Source: a virus. Taken from it: 64,000 nucleotides of DNA. Position 1 is the first letter of the stretch. Each line of letters starts with the position of its first letter. Below, piece after piece: positions 29,592 to 38,947 of the stretch. Under the pieces are notes generated by a model. It was given only the letters and a program-made list of their open reading frames with translations, ran no database searches and was not told the origin of the DNA. Position numbers and translations under genes: made by a program. The stretch lies in the IMG/VR virus record IMGVR_UViG_2903617902_000001, positions 2,255 through 66,254 of that record; one strand, 5' to 3'.

Positions 29592-29954
29592 CTAAATCAT
29601 GTAGTCTGAAACAAACATTGTAAGGAAAGAATTACCACCTTTAAGTGTCAACTTTGAACTGTCCCAGTTAGGAAAATTATCGATAAATTCATACAAATAC
29701 TCCTCCTGCATTTTGATTTCTGAATCATCAAGTTTTTCCATTTCGCAATCATTAGGAGCGTTGTTGAAAGCTTCCTCATAATCTTCCTCTTCATCATCGA
29801 AAGGAACGCAGTAGTTTGGAGTAAGTTTCACCGCTAATCTCATAAGGTCTTGGAATTCCGACCCAGTGATATCTTCTTTCATATAATCTTCAAACCCTTT
29901 TGAAAGAAAATCCTTAATGAACTTAACTCGCTCTAAAAATTCTGACTTTTTCAT
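29592..29954 (-). CDS. Hypothetical acidic protein
   Basis: First gene after leader repeat copy 1. Confidence 0.7.
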   Translation of the reverse strand: MKKSEFLERVKFIKDFLSKGFEDYMKEDITGSEFQDLMRLAVKLTPNYCVPFDDEEEDYEEAFNNAPNDCEMEKLDDSEIKMQEEYLYEFIDNFPNWDSSKLTLKGGNSFLTMFVSDYMI

Positions 29955-30069
29955 TGCTCTTTTGTTTTAATTGTTATTATTATTTTGATGATGTAAAGGT
30001 AGTCATTTTATTTGAATTTACCAAATATAACTATCTAAAAATCAAGTAGTTACATAATATTCAACTTTT
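29949..30069 (-). repeat. ~120-bp promoter-leader repeat, copy 1
   Basis: Near-identical to 37210-37332 and 49552-49674. Confidence 0.92.
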
Positions 30070-30256
30070 AAAATATTGTATTTTCATATCTTAGTATTGT
30101 GCTTTTTTGTGTGATAATTCTGAAAAAAGAAAAGTGGAGTGACTAAGTTTTTCAACATCTTTATACTTAAGTTTTGGCTTTATTTTTATATTATCTTGCT
30201 AAATTTAAATAAGTTTATTATATTTGCATTGTTAATCAAATGCAAACAATAAAACG

Positions 30257-30778
30257 ATGAAAAAGAAACTATTATTCTTACTTTTTTTGTGTGTTTCTAC
30301 ATTAACTTTTGGACAATCTGTCTTGGGTATTCCATTCGGTAGTTCATACGAGGAAACTAAACAGCTTTTACTTAACAGAAATGTAGGAGAAGATATGTGG
30401 GAGCAAGACGGAACAATCATTGTAGTTAAGGGTTATATCGGGCTTATCCCGTTTAATGTCGGCTACTTTTATTTTCAGTATGACCATGATAAATCTTATT
30501 TATATTCTGCATGCTTCTCTGACCTTGAATTAACAGCTAACCAAGCAAAAGCAAAGAGAGAGATTTTTGCGGACATTATAAAAGAAAAATATTATGACAG
30601 CATAAATGAGGACGTAGACGAAACAGGTTTTAAACGATACGATTTTGGGGTGAACCCTCTTGACAAAAATAAGTCACTGGGTAAAATATTTATATATCAC
30701 AACAAAAAATCCAATAAATATGATACTGTGCTATATTATGGTCCTATTTATTATGTAGGAAAGAATGCAGATTTTTAA
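30257..30778 (+). CDS. Exported moron protein
   Basis: Signal peptide MKKKLLFLLFLCVSTLTFG; TATATTTG box near 30219; terminator near 30803-30825. Confidence 0.75.
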   Translation: MKKKLLFLLFLCVSTLTFGQSVLGIPFGSSYEETKQLLLNRNVGEDMWEQDGTIIVVKGYIGLIPFNVGYFYFQYDHDKSYLYSACFSDLELTANQAKAKREIFADIIKEKYYDSINEDVDETGFKRYDFGVNPLDKNKSLGKIFIYHNKKSNKYDTVLYYGPIYYVGKNADF

Positions 30779-30823
30779 ACTACTTTTTGCGTCCATAAGA
30801 ATAAGGGCGGGATTAACCGCCTT

Positions 30824-31039
30824 TTACTTCTTAAATAGTTTCCTCCAAAAATCCTTATACTTCATGGCTTGTTGAGATGTAATTCCGTAAGCATCGCACC
30901 ACTTTTTCATTGTAACATCATCGCAATCAAATCCTGCAACACTCCACATAGAGCCTGCTTTAAGCTTCACCTCAGCTTCTTTACTTATAGTAAATTCAGA
31001 GTGCATTTTTGAAGTCAATTCTTCTTTTAACTTTTTCAT
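30824..31039 (-). CDS. Small protein downstream of MuF (candidate immunity/partner)
   Basis: 71-aa ORF; role inferred from position only. Confidence 0.55.
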   Translation of the reverse strand: MKKLKEELTSKMHSEFTISKEAEVKLKAGSMWSVAGFDCDDVTMKKWCDAYGITSQQAMKYKDFWRKLFKK

Positions 31040-31054
31040 ACTACAAATATAGCA

Positions 31055-33829
31055 TTATTTTCTCAATCCAATATAATAATGAAGATGTTCCATTTGATAT
31101 TTATCATGCAAATCTATAAATCCTCTCCATTTTACCTTATTACTAAGGAGGAGAGCCTTTCCACACTTTAAATTTGCGATCTCATTCATACGAATATTTG
31201 GTCCAGACATTTTTAATATTTCAGAAACGTCTTCAAAATCATTTTGACTTATTACCCCTTCAGAGAATCTTCTTTGAACAAGGTCTTTGATTTCTGATGT
31301 CTTTGCAGAAAAACCGTAACGTCCCCAGCAATATCCTCCTACATCCATATTCGCAAGAACCTCAACCCTATCAATGCCCATGCTTTCATAGGACTTGAAT
31401 AATTCTCTAAACACGGACTTAGACAAACCTTTACCTTGGAGTTCTGATGGCAAATTAAACACATCATGATAGACTACTTTTTTGTCATCTTCCATTCTAA
31501 ACATCCTACTTAAATAAGGGTTCTGTTTATTACCTTTGCTATCAATATATTCGCCATCATAGGTTAAATTCGCATTACCATTGGGGAAAATGGTTATTCT
31601 CTTTGATTTCCAAAAAATCTTATTTTCATCACCAACGTTCTCCATAAAACTATCAAATCTATCAATATCAAAGCCTGATATGGTTGATTCATTATATATT
31701 TCTACACGACTAATATTTATATTCCTTGCAGCAAGTTTGTTTACGGTTTCATCCGTCATGATAAATGGACTTGGCTTCAAACTTTCCTTATAGGTCAAAG
31801 CCGACAATTTCACAAATTCGCGATTATCCATAACCCAATAAGGCAAAGTTCCTCGACTGCGTGCTTCATCTATCCTCTCTGAATTTTCTGAAACCCATTT
31901 GCCAAAATTCTCTGGCGGTGCAGTAATCTTGTTAGGGCTGTTTTCTCTATTATCTGACCAATACTCATCCTCACTCATTACTATCGGTACAGTGTAACAA
32001 AGGCAATTTGACCCCCAAAAACATTTACCATTACGGCGAACATACATGATGTGATTCTTTTTAAGGGTTAAATCATAGACTTTACCTTTATATGACATCT
32101 CCTTTTTCTCAAAGACGGTAGATGTCAAAGACTTGCATTCGCTAATAATCCAACACTCAAAGTTACCATGTATTATTGTACCATCCTTTTTCCGTGCATC
32201 TGTTGGCTTCTGAACTCGAAACGATGGACGTTTACCTACCTTCAATATTAGTTCCGAAAGGTCGGATGCCATTTGTGGAGAGGTTGTAAAATACATTTTC
32301 TCTTCCACCTTTGGAACGAATATATTACCATGCGACCCTACGAACGACTTTCTTGTTTTTCGTGTATATCCATCACACTTTATGAACGCATCCAAAAATA
32401 TCTGAATTTGCTTTTTTGACGCATTCTTAATGATGGTAGGTATAAACTTTTTTCGTGCAATCCCGAATTGTGTCAGATAACGGTTTAATGGAGCATTATA
32501 AAACTCGATCGTTTCTTCTTTCATTCGAGGAGCAAATCCCATGTTCTTAATACAATCAACTATCATATATTTGTATGGCTGACCGTCTTTTTGAGAAATA
32601 ATGATTCCTGTTTTATGTTGCAGACTTCCATCCGACAGATAATAACCCATGAATTCACAGAACAGGTCAAACGGATATTTATTTTCACCTATCTCAATAG
32701 CATCTATATCATCAGCAATGTATTCACAACCACGATAGAACGCTCCTTTCCCTTTTGTATAGTCTTTCGCTAAACAATACTTTATACGACCATCGGACTT
32801 ATTAAGATATACCATCCTGTGTTCAGGTGTTACCAAGCAATCAAGTGATTTATTGAAGAAATGGTACATTTTACCGTTACTCTCATACTCCTGCATATCA
32901 TCAATCCCAACCCACTCAACATTATGTGTGGACGGATTGAGTGAAAAAATCATATCTTCCCAACGAACATCTTTGAACAATCTCCAACCATGATTTGTAA
33001 GAACTTGAGTATCGTCCGAATAGCAATTAGGATGCCAACCTCTAAACTTGAAATCCTTTGGATAATCACCAGCTAAATCATCACAAATATCGTACCTTGG
33101 GTGCGAATCAGATAGCTTTATTTTATAACCGAGAATAAAGTCAAATTGCTGCCATCTGGCTTGCTCTGCTGACCTGTAAGCCATACTTATCTCGTTACGT
33201 GCCAAACGGAGGGAACGATACTCACAATCGTGGATATTTGTAGCCTTACCATACTTTTCTTGGTAATCAGCCTGCAATGACGGCCAGTCGTTAAGGTATC
33301 TACTCAATTTCTTAGAGAGGGCAGTAGCACTCATTCCTTTCTCTATAGCTGTAGAAATTGTCACTTCAAGAGATTCTTTGTAGTTGCCAGACTGATTCCA
33401 TAGTTTAGACGAAAGATTTAATCCATTTTCTTTTCTGTGCAAGAAAGCTTTAAGCTGGTCACCATTGTCACGATAATAATGCTTAAATCTATCTCCGTGT
33501 ATCTGAGCCCTATAATATTTCAGTGCCTTATCTGCAACCGCATCTTGGAATGTATTGCTACTCTTCCATTCTGACGACGTGCCAGAGTAGATGAGTGTTT
33601 GCATTTCTCCAACAAACTGAGAAAGCAAAAGCTTTACCTCACGCTCTATTTCTGGGTAATTGCCAAAGGAAAACTCAGTCAATCCCTCATAGCCAACAGA
33701 CTCAACGAGCATTGCAGCCTTTTCGTTGAGTCTATCGTATATGTTACGAACTCGCATCATATAGCCTGCAAGTCGTTTACTTAAATCCTTATATGCCTTT
33801 TTCTGATTTGGCAATCTTGGTTTACCCAT
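31055..33829 (-). CDS. Minor head protein (MuF / SPP1 gp7-like) with intein and C-terminal GNAT-like domain
   Basis: RLARNEISMAY, ICDDLAG, WHPN^C.C motif split by an intein; LQGKGLSK...GGYCWGRYGF at the C-terminus. Confidence 0.85.
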   Translation of the reverse strand: MGKPRLPNQKKAYKDLSKRLAGYMMRVRNIYDRLNEKAAMLVESVGYEGLTEFSFGNYPEIEREVKLLLSQFVGEMQTLIYSGTSSEWKSSNTFQDAVADKALKYYRAQIHGDRFKHYYRDNGDQLKAFLHRKENGLNLSSKLWNQSGNYKESLEVTISTAIEKGMSATALSKKLSRYLNDWPSLQADYQEKYGKATNIHDCEYRSLRLARNEISMAYRSAEQARWQQFDFILGYKIKLSDSHPRYDICDDLAGDYPKDFKFRGWHPNCYSDDTQVLTNHGWRLFKDVRWEDMIFSLNPSTHNVEWVGIDDMQEYESNGKMYHFFNKSLDCLVTPEHRMVYLNKSDGRIKYCLAKDYTKGKGAFYRGCEYIADDIDAIEIGENKYPFDLFCEFMGYYLSDGSLQHKTGIIISQKDGQPYKYMIVDCIKNMGFAPRMKEETIEFYNAPLNRYLTQFGIARKKFIPTIIKNASKKQIQIFLDAFIKCDGYTRKTRKSFVGSHGNIFVPKVEEKMYFTTSPQMASDLSELILKVGKRPSFRVQKPTDARKKDGTIIHGNFECWIISECKSLTSTVFEKKEMSYKGKVYDLTLKKNHIMYVRRNGKCFWGSNCLCYTVPIVMSEDEYWSDNRENSPNKITAPPENFGKWVSENSERIDEARSRGTLPYWVMDNREFVKLSALTYKESLKPSPFIMTDETVNKLAARNINISRVEIYNESTISGFDIDRFDSFMENVGDENKIFWKSKRITIFPNGNANLTYDGEYIDSKGNKQNPYLSRMFRMEDDKKVVYHDVFNLPSELQGKGLSKSVFRELFKSYESMGIDRVEVLANMDVGGYCWGRYGFSAKTSEIKDLVQRRFSEGVISQNDFEDVSEILKMSGPNIRMNEIANLKCGKALLLSNKVKWRGFIDLHDKYQMEHLHYYIGLRK
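32006..33025 (-). mobile_element. Intein with LAGLIDADG homing endonuclease (340 aa)
   Basis: Starts CYSDDTQVLT, VTPEHRM block B, FMGYYLSDGS and FLDAFIKCDG motifs, VYDLT...WGSN followed by Cys+1. Confidence 0.92.
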
Positions 33830-34028
33830 TCTTTGCTTTGAAATGTTTACAAGCCATACGGCTTAACAATACACAATATATACCTTTAGCATAATGAGGA
33901 CATCGTCCAAGAGTAGGCTCCCCTTTCAAGCTAAGAGTTGAAAACTTCATTTCAACTTCACAAAAAGCACACTCACCACATTTATTCGTAGAACCTTTTG
34001 ATTCTTTATTTCTCTTTCTTACGGACAT
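33822..34028 (-). CDS. Small Cys-rich protein
   Basis: CGECAFC...RCPH...ACKHF. Confidence 0.65.
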   Translation of the reverse strand: MSVRKRNKESKGSTNKCGECAFCEVEMKFSTLSLKGEPTLGRCPHYAKGIYCVLLSRMACKHFKAKNG

Positions 34029-34338
34029 ACACTTTTAATCGAGATTCAACAACCCTTTCACCACCTTTCAGATATACAACATCTTCAATAAGACCATTCT
34101 TTTCTATAGCCTCAAAGATGTGGCTGTGGTTATTCCCTTTCTGAATACGTGTCATATCAGAAACGCCCTTACGATATGAAGTATTTTTACTACAAGAACC
34201 CCTGTATTGACGGATATTCTTCTTGGTGATAGCAACTGCAATCGCTATCTCTTTAGCCTCGTAAGATGGTTTAACCTCGCAAGTTGGGCACAATTTCTCA
34301 GCTAATCTTAAAAGTAATTTTGATAACTTCTGTTTCAT
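34006..34338 (-). CDS. Hypothetical protein
   Basis: Overlapping operon ORF. Confidence 0.6.
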   Translation of the reverse strand: MKQKLSKLLLRLAEKLCPTCEVKPSYEAKEIAIAVAITKKNIRQYRGSCSKNTSYRKGVSDMTRIQKGNNHSHIFEAIEKNGLIEDVVYLKGGERVVESRLKVYVRKKEK

Positions 34339-34523
34339 AGTTCTAATTCTGACTTTACATTATAATTGAAATCTTTTTCTACACCGAATTCATTGCTCAA
34401 AGTGCAGCGGCAAAGGTTAATTGTCTTTATTTCTACCGTTGTACATTCTTCAAACTCCTTCATGGCTACAGAAATCTTCTGTTCCATTTCATATTTCTTT
34501 GCTTTTAATTCGTCAACCGTCAT
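34335..34523 (-). CDS. Hypothetical protein
   Basis: Coupled to the portal stop codon. Confidence 0.6.
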   Translation of the reverse strand: MTVDELKAKKYEMEQKISVAMKEFEECTTVEIKTINLCRCTLSNEFGVEKDFNYNVKSELEL

Positions 34524-35965
34524 AACACTTGATTTTCTAAATTAAATGCCGAAGCAGAGTTCACCGCTTCTATCGCACTTTCTTTTTGTATCATTGCAAA
34601 TGTTTTTTCAGCATCTGAGCTCTCCCCATACTTCTGGATAGATTCTAATTGACTTTCAATAGGCTTATTACCATTTGCTTTCATACGCTTAGTAATCTCA
34701 GCAAGCTCGTCATTCTGTATATAAGGGGTTATTATATGCTCAACACTTATGTTATCCATCTCATCTGCCCACGCAGCATTCATTACAGCAAGAAAAGCCT
34801 TTATAACATTACACTCTCTCTCAAAGAATTCAATCCAAGTTCCAGACTCATCTCCGACTCTTAGATGAGCATCTGACAGCAACGTTTGCCTTGCATCATA
34901 CCCTATATTACCAAGTCCCTTCATATTGTCAAACGAAATGTCTGGAATCTGAGCCTGCATCCAGTACATCTTCTGCATAGAATCAACATGATATTTAAGA
35001 GCCTCCACAGACTGCGACCAAGATACATAGGAAACGTCTCCACCTTGTTCACAATGGACGACTCTGTAACTTTCCCCTTTATCCTCTTTCCCTTTGGTAG
35101 CACCTACAACTTTCAGCAACGGAGCGGAATTGTACGCTATCACATTAGAGTTGCGTGATAAAGAGTATTCAATCTCTGCTCTGATAGGTGATAGTCCATC
35201 ATAGACTGGCTTTGACCGCCACCCATAGACTCCAGGTATTTTCATTAAGACTATTTCCTCACCATTAGCCGTATCGCCATCTTCCGTTTGCTGAGTTAGA
35301 ACTACATCCCATTTTCCAACTCCATCACTTTGTTTCCAAATATAATGCTTATCTTTTGTGTACGTCTCGAAGAACACAACCTCCTTGTCTTTTACAGTCT
35401 TTTTGTACTCAAAAGACATAGCAAGCATATCATCCATTTCATTAAGGAGAGGATACAATCGCACACCATTCATCGGAGAGAATGTCTTGCATTTTAGTTT
35501 ATAGTCGCTATCGAATCCGTATAGTCTGTTTTGTTTCTTAACTGCATACCAAACAGTGTAAATTTCGCATGACGCATATAATGCTGTAGCTCTCTTCAAA
35601 TTCTCACTATCAATACGGACATTCTTATAAACAGACTCTATAGCATTGACTATATCTTTCCTTAACTTGTTATCATCAACGTTGTGATACACACGCTTTA
35701 CAGGAATCGAAAAAGTGAATTCCGACAAACGCCTTACGTGCAACTTCTCCATTCCTATAATAATTCGTGAGGACTTGTCTAATTGTCCATCTGCTCGTAT
35801 TTTATCTTTCAACGTTGTCGTGTCAGATAAAATTTCATGCATAGTAGGCTCATAATCCTTGACAAGATTGTCCCATAAAGGAACAGACACTGATTTGTTT
35901 TTCAACATACCTATTGTTTCAGATATGTTTCCACTATCAAAGTCTATAGAACTTAAATCTATCAT
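34520..35965 (-). CDS. Portal protein (SPP1 gp6-like)
   Basis: 481 aa between terminase and MuF; FSPMNG..LYP, PDISFDNMKG. Confidence 0.85.
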   Translation of the reverse strand: MIDLSSIDFDSGNISETIGMLKNKSVSVPLWDNLVKDYEPTMHEILSDTTTLKDKIRADGQLDKSSRIIIGMEKLHVRRLSEFTFSIPVKRVYHNVDDNKLRKDIVNAIESVYKNVRIDSENLKRATALYASCEIYTVWYAVKKQNRLYGFDSDYKLKCKTFSPMNGVRLYPLLNEMDDMLAMSFEYKKTVKDKEVVFFETYTKDKHYIWKQSDGVGKWDVVLTQQTEDGDTANGEEIVLMKIPGVYGWRSKPVYDGLSPIRAEIEYSLSRNSNVIAYNSAPLLKVVGATKGKEDKGESYRVVHCEQGGDVSYVSWSQSVEALKYHVDSMQKMYWMQAQIPDISFDNMKGLGNIGYDARQTLLSDAHLRVGDESGTWIEFFERECNVIKAFLAVMNAAWADEMDNISVEHIITPYIQNDELAEITKRMKANGNKPIESQLESIQKYGESSDAEKTFAMIQKESAIEAVNSASAFNLENQVL

Positions 35966-35990
35966 CGTGACTATCTTTATATTTATGTTA

Positions 35991-36023
35991 CAAAGATAAC
36001 TAAATCTATTTGAATTTCAAATA
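35991..36023 (-). promoter_or_regulatory. Portal promoter with palindromic operator
   Basis: TATCTTTG (35991-35998); TATTTGAATTTCAAATA (36007-36023) overlaps the -33 box. Confidence 0.75.
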
Positions 36024-36044
36024 AATTATACGCTTTTCTTGGCA

Positions 36045-36082
36045 CAAAAAAGCTGCACCTACCTTCTCAGGCAAGCACAGCC
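36045..36082 (-). terminator. Intrinsic terminator
   Basis: GCTGTGCTTGCC-tgagaa-GGTAGGTGCAGC plus T6. Confidence 0.75.
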
Positions 36083-36102
36083 GAAGCTAATAACAATTAA
36101 AT

Positions 36103-36339
36103 CTATAAAAACTTATCTATGAGTATTTTATGAGCGTTTCTTATTTCCTTTTCAGTATCTATGCCTAATAATTGATAAAACCTTTCATTTCCTGTCAAAA
36201 CTTCATGTGCTATCTCTATACTTCTTTTTTCAGATTTTGTAAATCCAAATCGAAACGTCTTTGTAATAGCGAGAGCCTCTTTGAAACAGGAAGACCTTAG
36301 CAATACCTTTACTTTATCAGTCTTTTTGTCTAAATTCAT
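36103..36339 (-). CDS. Hypothetical protein
   Basis: Last gene of the accessory cassette. Confidence 0.7.
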   Translation of the reverse strand: MNLDKKTDKVKVLLRSSCFKEALAITKTFRFGFTKSEKRSIEIAHEVLTGNERFYQLLGIDTEKEIRNAHKILIDKFL

Positions 36340-36580
36340 GTCTAAATGACTCTAAGATATTTTCTTTGGTTTTGTTTTTTAACCAATAGTTAGCATTATC
36401 GAGTGATCCCTCAATAGGTCTAAGCCTTAATCCAAATAGTCCTACATATATACAAAGTTCTCTCTTGCTCATCTTATTCGCCTCTGCGAATGTAGGACGT
36501 GTATATTCAACAGCCTTACCACCTTTCAAAAATTTGCAATGTGCTAACAATTCTTTTATTGTTATATTTTTCATTTCCAT
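36317..36580 (-). CDS. Hypothetical protein
   Basis: Overlapping cassette ORF. Confidence 0.65.
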   Translation of the reverse strand: MEMKNITIKELLAHCKFLKGGKAVEYTRPTFAEANKMSKRELCIYVGLFGLRLRPIEGSLDNANYWLKNKTKENILESFRHEFRQKD

Positions 36581-36816
36581 GCTGTTATTATTTTATTTTC
36601 AATCCACTTCAAAAGTTCCTCTGACGAACAAGTTATTTTCTTTGGAACTTTTATCTTTCTATTTTTCTTACCAATTACTCGACAGTAATCTTTGAAAAAC
36701 ACAATCTCTACCGTTTCTTTCCTTGCAAGTTGGTCTAACTCCGAAAATTTATGACTTGGAATAGTAGTAGCAATGATTGCTACATACGAATCGAGATAAA
36801 TTGTTAATGACTTCAT
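36571..36816 (-). CDS. Hypothetical protein
   Basis: AAGAGCA-ATG leader. Confidence 0.7.
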   Translation of the reverse strand: MKSLTIYLDSYVAIIATTIPSHKFSELDQLARKETVEIVFFKDYCRVIGKKNRKIKVPKKITCSSEELLKWIENKIITAWK

Positions 36817-36828
36817 TGCTCTTGTTAT

Positions 36829-37215
36829 TTATTGGCAGGTGAATGACCTGCCATTGTATTTAATTATTTCGATGTAATTCTGACCAAATTGGTCAGCAAT
36901 GATGAATGTGTTTCTCATACCTTTAAGCCAAAGTGATACATTGTATCGGCTACAACCTAACAATTTCGCTACACTTCGGCAAACATCACTAAAATCATTT
37001 GTCAGATTACTCTTGATTGTTTTGGCAGCAAAGTACTTGAGCATCTTTGTGATGCCATCTTTTTTAATCTGCCAATCTGTGCCATTTTGAAGAACGAAAT
37101 TAAGGCTTTCAGAGTGCCCAGCTTTATTAATCGCACAAATCTCTTCTTCGATGGAGAAATATTCATCATCCGTTAGAAGCATTGCCTTTATGTCTTTTGC
37201 ATAAATTGATTTCAT
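36829..37215 (-). CDS. Hypothetical protein
   Basis: First gene after leader repeat copy 2. Confidence 0.7.
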   Translation of the reverse strand: MKSIYAKDIKAMLLTDDEYFSIEEEICAINKAGHSESLNFVLQNGTDWQIKKDGITKMLKYFAAKTIKSNLTNDFSDVCRSVAKLLGCSRYNVSLWLKGMRNTFIIADQFGQNYIEIIKYNGRSFTCQ

Positions 37216-37332
37216 TGCTCTTTCTTTTAATTGTTATTATTATTATTTTGATAGTGTAAAGGTAGTCATTTTATTTGAATTGACCAAATATAACTATCTA
37301 AAAATCAGGTAGTTACATAATATTTAACTTTT
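37210..37332 (-). repeat. ~120-bp promoter-leader repeat, copy 2
   Basis: See copy 1. Confidence 0.92.
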
Positions 37333-37339
37333 GAAATAC

Positions 37340-37414
37340 AAAAAAATAGTGTGCCTATCCGTCACGGACAAACACACTAAGAGCAATGAAATCATCAGAA
37401 AATACTGAGATTTC
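37340..37414 (-). ncRNA. Candidate trans-acting antisense sRNA
   Basis: TAACTTTG box overlaps terL stop (37419-37426); contains TGATTTCATTGCTCTTAGTGTGTTT; ends in hairpin plus T7. Confidence 0.7.
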
Positions 37415-37423
37415 GATACAAAG

Positions 37424-38947
37424 TTACAAAAGATTTTGCAATATCCAAGCGTCATCAGCATAATCTTTTGCGTTCGGATAGAATGTTGATGCAAGGGCGT
37501 CTGACCTATCTGGACTACGTTTTAACCTTGCTTTTATATCTTCTTTTGCTTCGATAATAATTTTCCCACTGCTTTGGAACGACCAGTGTATTTCTGTCAA
37601 TTCGTCATCCAATTCATCACAAGGAGGCAAGGCAGGATTAAAGCCATTCTTTGGATTTAACCAATCTCTTACAGCCCAATAACAATAAGCACGCATATTA
37701 GCAAACTCATACTGTCCTGTGATATCATGAAGTCCTCTTGTACCCTCAGAGAACTTACAAGAATAGGCATTACTATAACCCAACTCTTCAAGTCTGGAAT
37801 AGACACCAGCACCTTCACCAATAGTATCAATGAAAGCTTTTGCTTTACTATCACGTAACCACTGCACAGCTTCTCCAGCTACTTTCATATGGTCTGCTTT
37901 TCCTCCTGACTGATGTATTTTAATCTCTGGGACATAGTTTCCATATCGTGGAACAAAACAGCTACTATCACGTCCCATACCAGCGACATCAATACCAACA
38001 AGTGGAGACTTTCTTGAAACAAACTTTTCTTTTTGCAATTTTGCCCATCTTTCGTGAGCCAATTCAAGCCAATGTAAAGGTATAAGCGTATCTTCTGTTG
38101 CCTTGGGGAAAAGACCGAGAATCTTTATTCGGAATAAGTCATTTGGTCTATAACAACTACCTTCCCACTCAAAATCTCCTTGCCCCTCATCAAAATCAGC
38201 TTCTTGAATCCTCTCACACCAATTCTCAACCTTATCTTTTACCCATTCATAATCAACTTGGCCCGGAATTACAGTCTTCTTTTTTACTACATTTTCAGCA
38301 TTTAGAGAGCTTAACCTAAACTTTTTGAAACGTGAGGATTTCATAGCCTTTGCCGCATATCCAGTAGTTACGTTAGGGTTAAACACTAAAAGTAGTCGAG
38401 AGTTTCCCTGCAAGTTTCCTTCAATAGCATTAAACGTTGTTTCGCTCACACCAGACGCCTCAGTTACGATAAACATCGTGTTTACCGCATGGAATCCTGA
38501 CCATGCTTCCGTGTTATCATCAGAAGCTTTAAATGCAGTTAAGAACCACTCCGCATTATTAGTTCTTATTCCATCGGATAACATACGACCAGGCAATACC
38601 TTTGCATTCCTAAACAAACGGTTTACCTCTGGTATCATAATATTAGTACACTGACGACCTGTTGGTGCTGTTAAGGCTATCTTTGTGTTCTTTACAAGCC
38701 TATGTTCTTTATCCCAGCGAGGAGTTAGATACATGAAACATAGTCCTGCAACAGCAGCAATATAGTCTTTTCCTCTCGCTGTTCCTGAGGCTACTGCGAC
38801 CATCTTCTCGGTCTGTATAGCACGCAAAATAGCCTTTTGTTCCTCGTCAAGATTGGCACGAAGAACCTCCTTGGCAAAAAGACACCAGTCATTTTGCCAA
38901 TCATTAAACTTATTTTTCCACGACTTGCTAATCTTCATCTGAACCAA
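37424..38947 (-). CDS. terL: Terminase large subunit
   Basis: SGTARGKD Walker A variant, APTGRQ, FIVTEASG Walker B variant, VGIDVAGMGRD and SPDRSDAL nuclease motifs. Confidence 0.93.
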   Translation of the reverse strand: MVQMKISKSWKNKFNDWQNDWCLFAKEVLRANLDEEQKAILRAIQTEKMVAVASGTARGKDYIAAVAGLCFMYLTPRWDKEHRLVKNTKIALTAPTGRQCTNIMIPEVNRLFRNAKVLPGRMLSDGIRTNNAEWFLTAFKASDDNTEAWSGFHAVNTMFIVTEASGVSETTFNAIEGNLQGNSRLLLVFNPNVTTGYAAKAMKSSRFKKFRLSSLNAENVVKKKTVIPGQVDYEWVKDKVENWCERIQEADFDEGQGDFEWEGSCYRPNDLFRIKILGLFPKATEDTLIPLHWLELAHERWAKLQKEKFVSRKSPLVGIDVAGMGRDSSCFVPRYGNYVPEIKIHQSGGKADHMKVAGEAVQWLRDSKAKAFIDTIGEGAGVYSRLEELGYSNAYSCKFSEGTRGLHDITGQYEFANMRAYCYWAVRDWLNPKNGFNPALPPCDELDDELTEIHWSFQSSGKIIIEAKEDIKARLKRSPDRSDALASTFYPNAKDYADDAWILQNLL

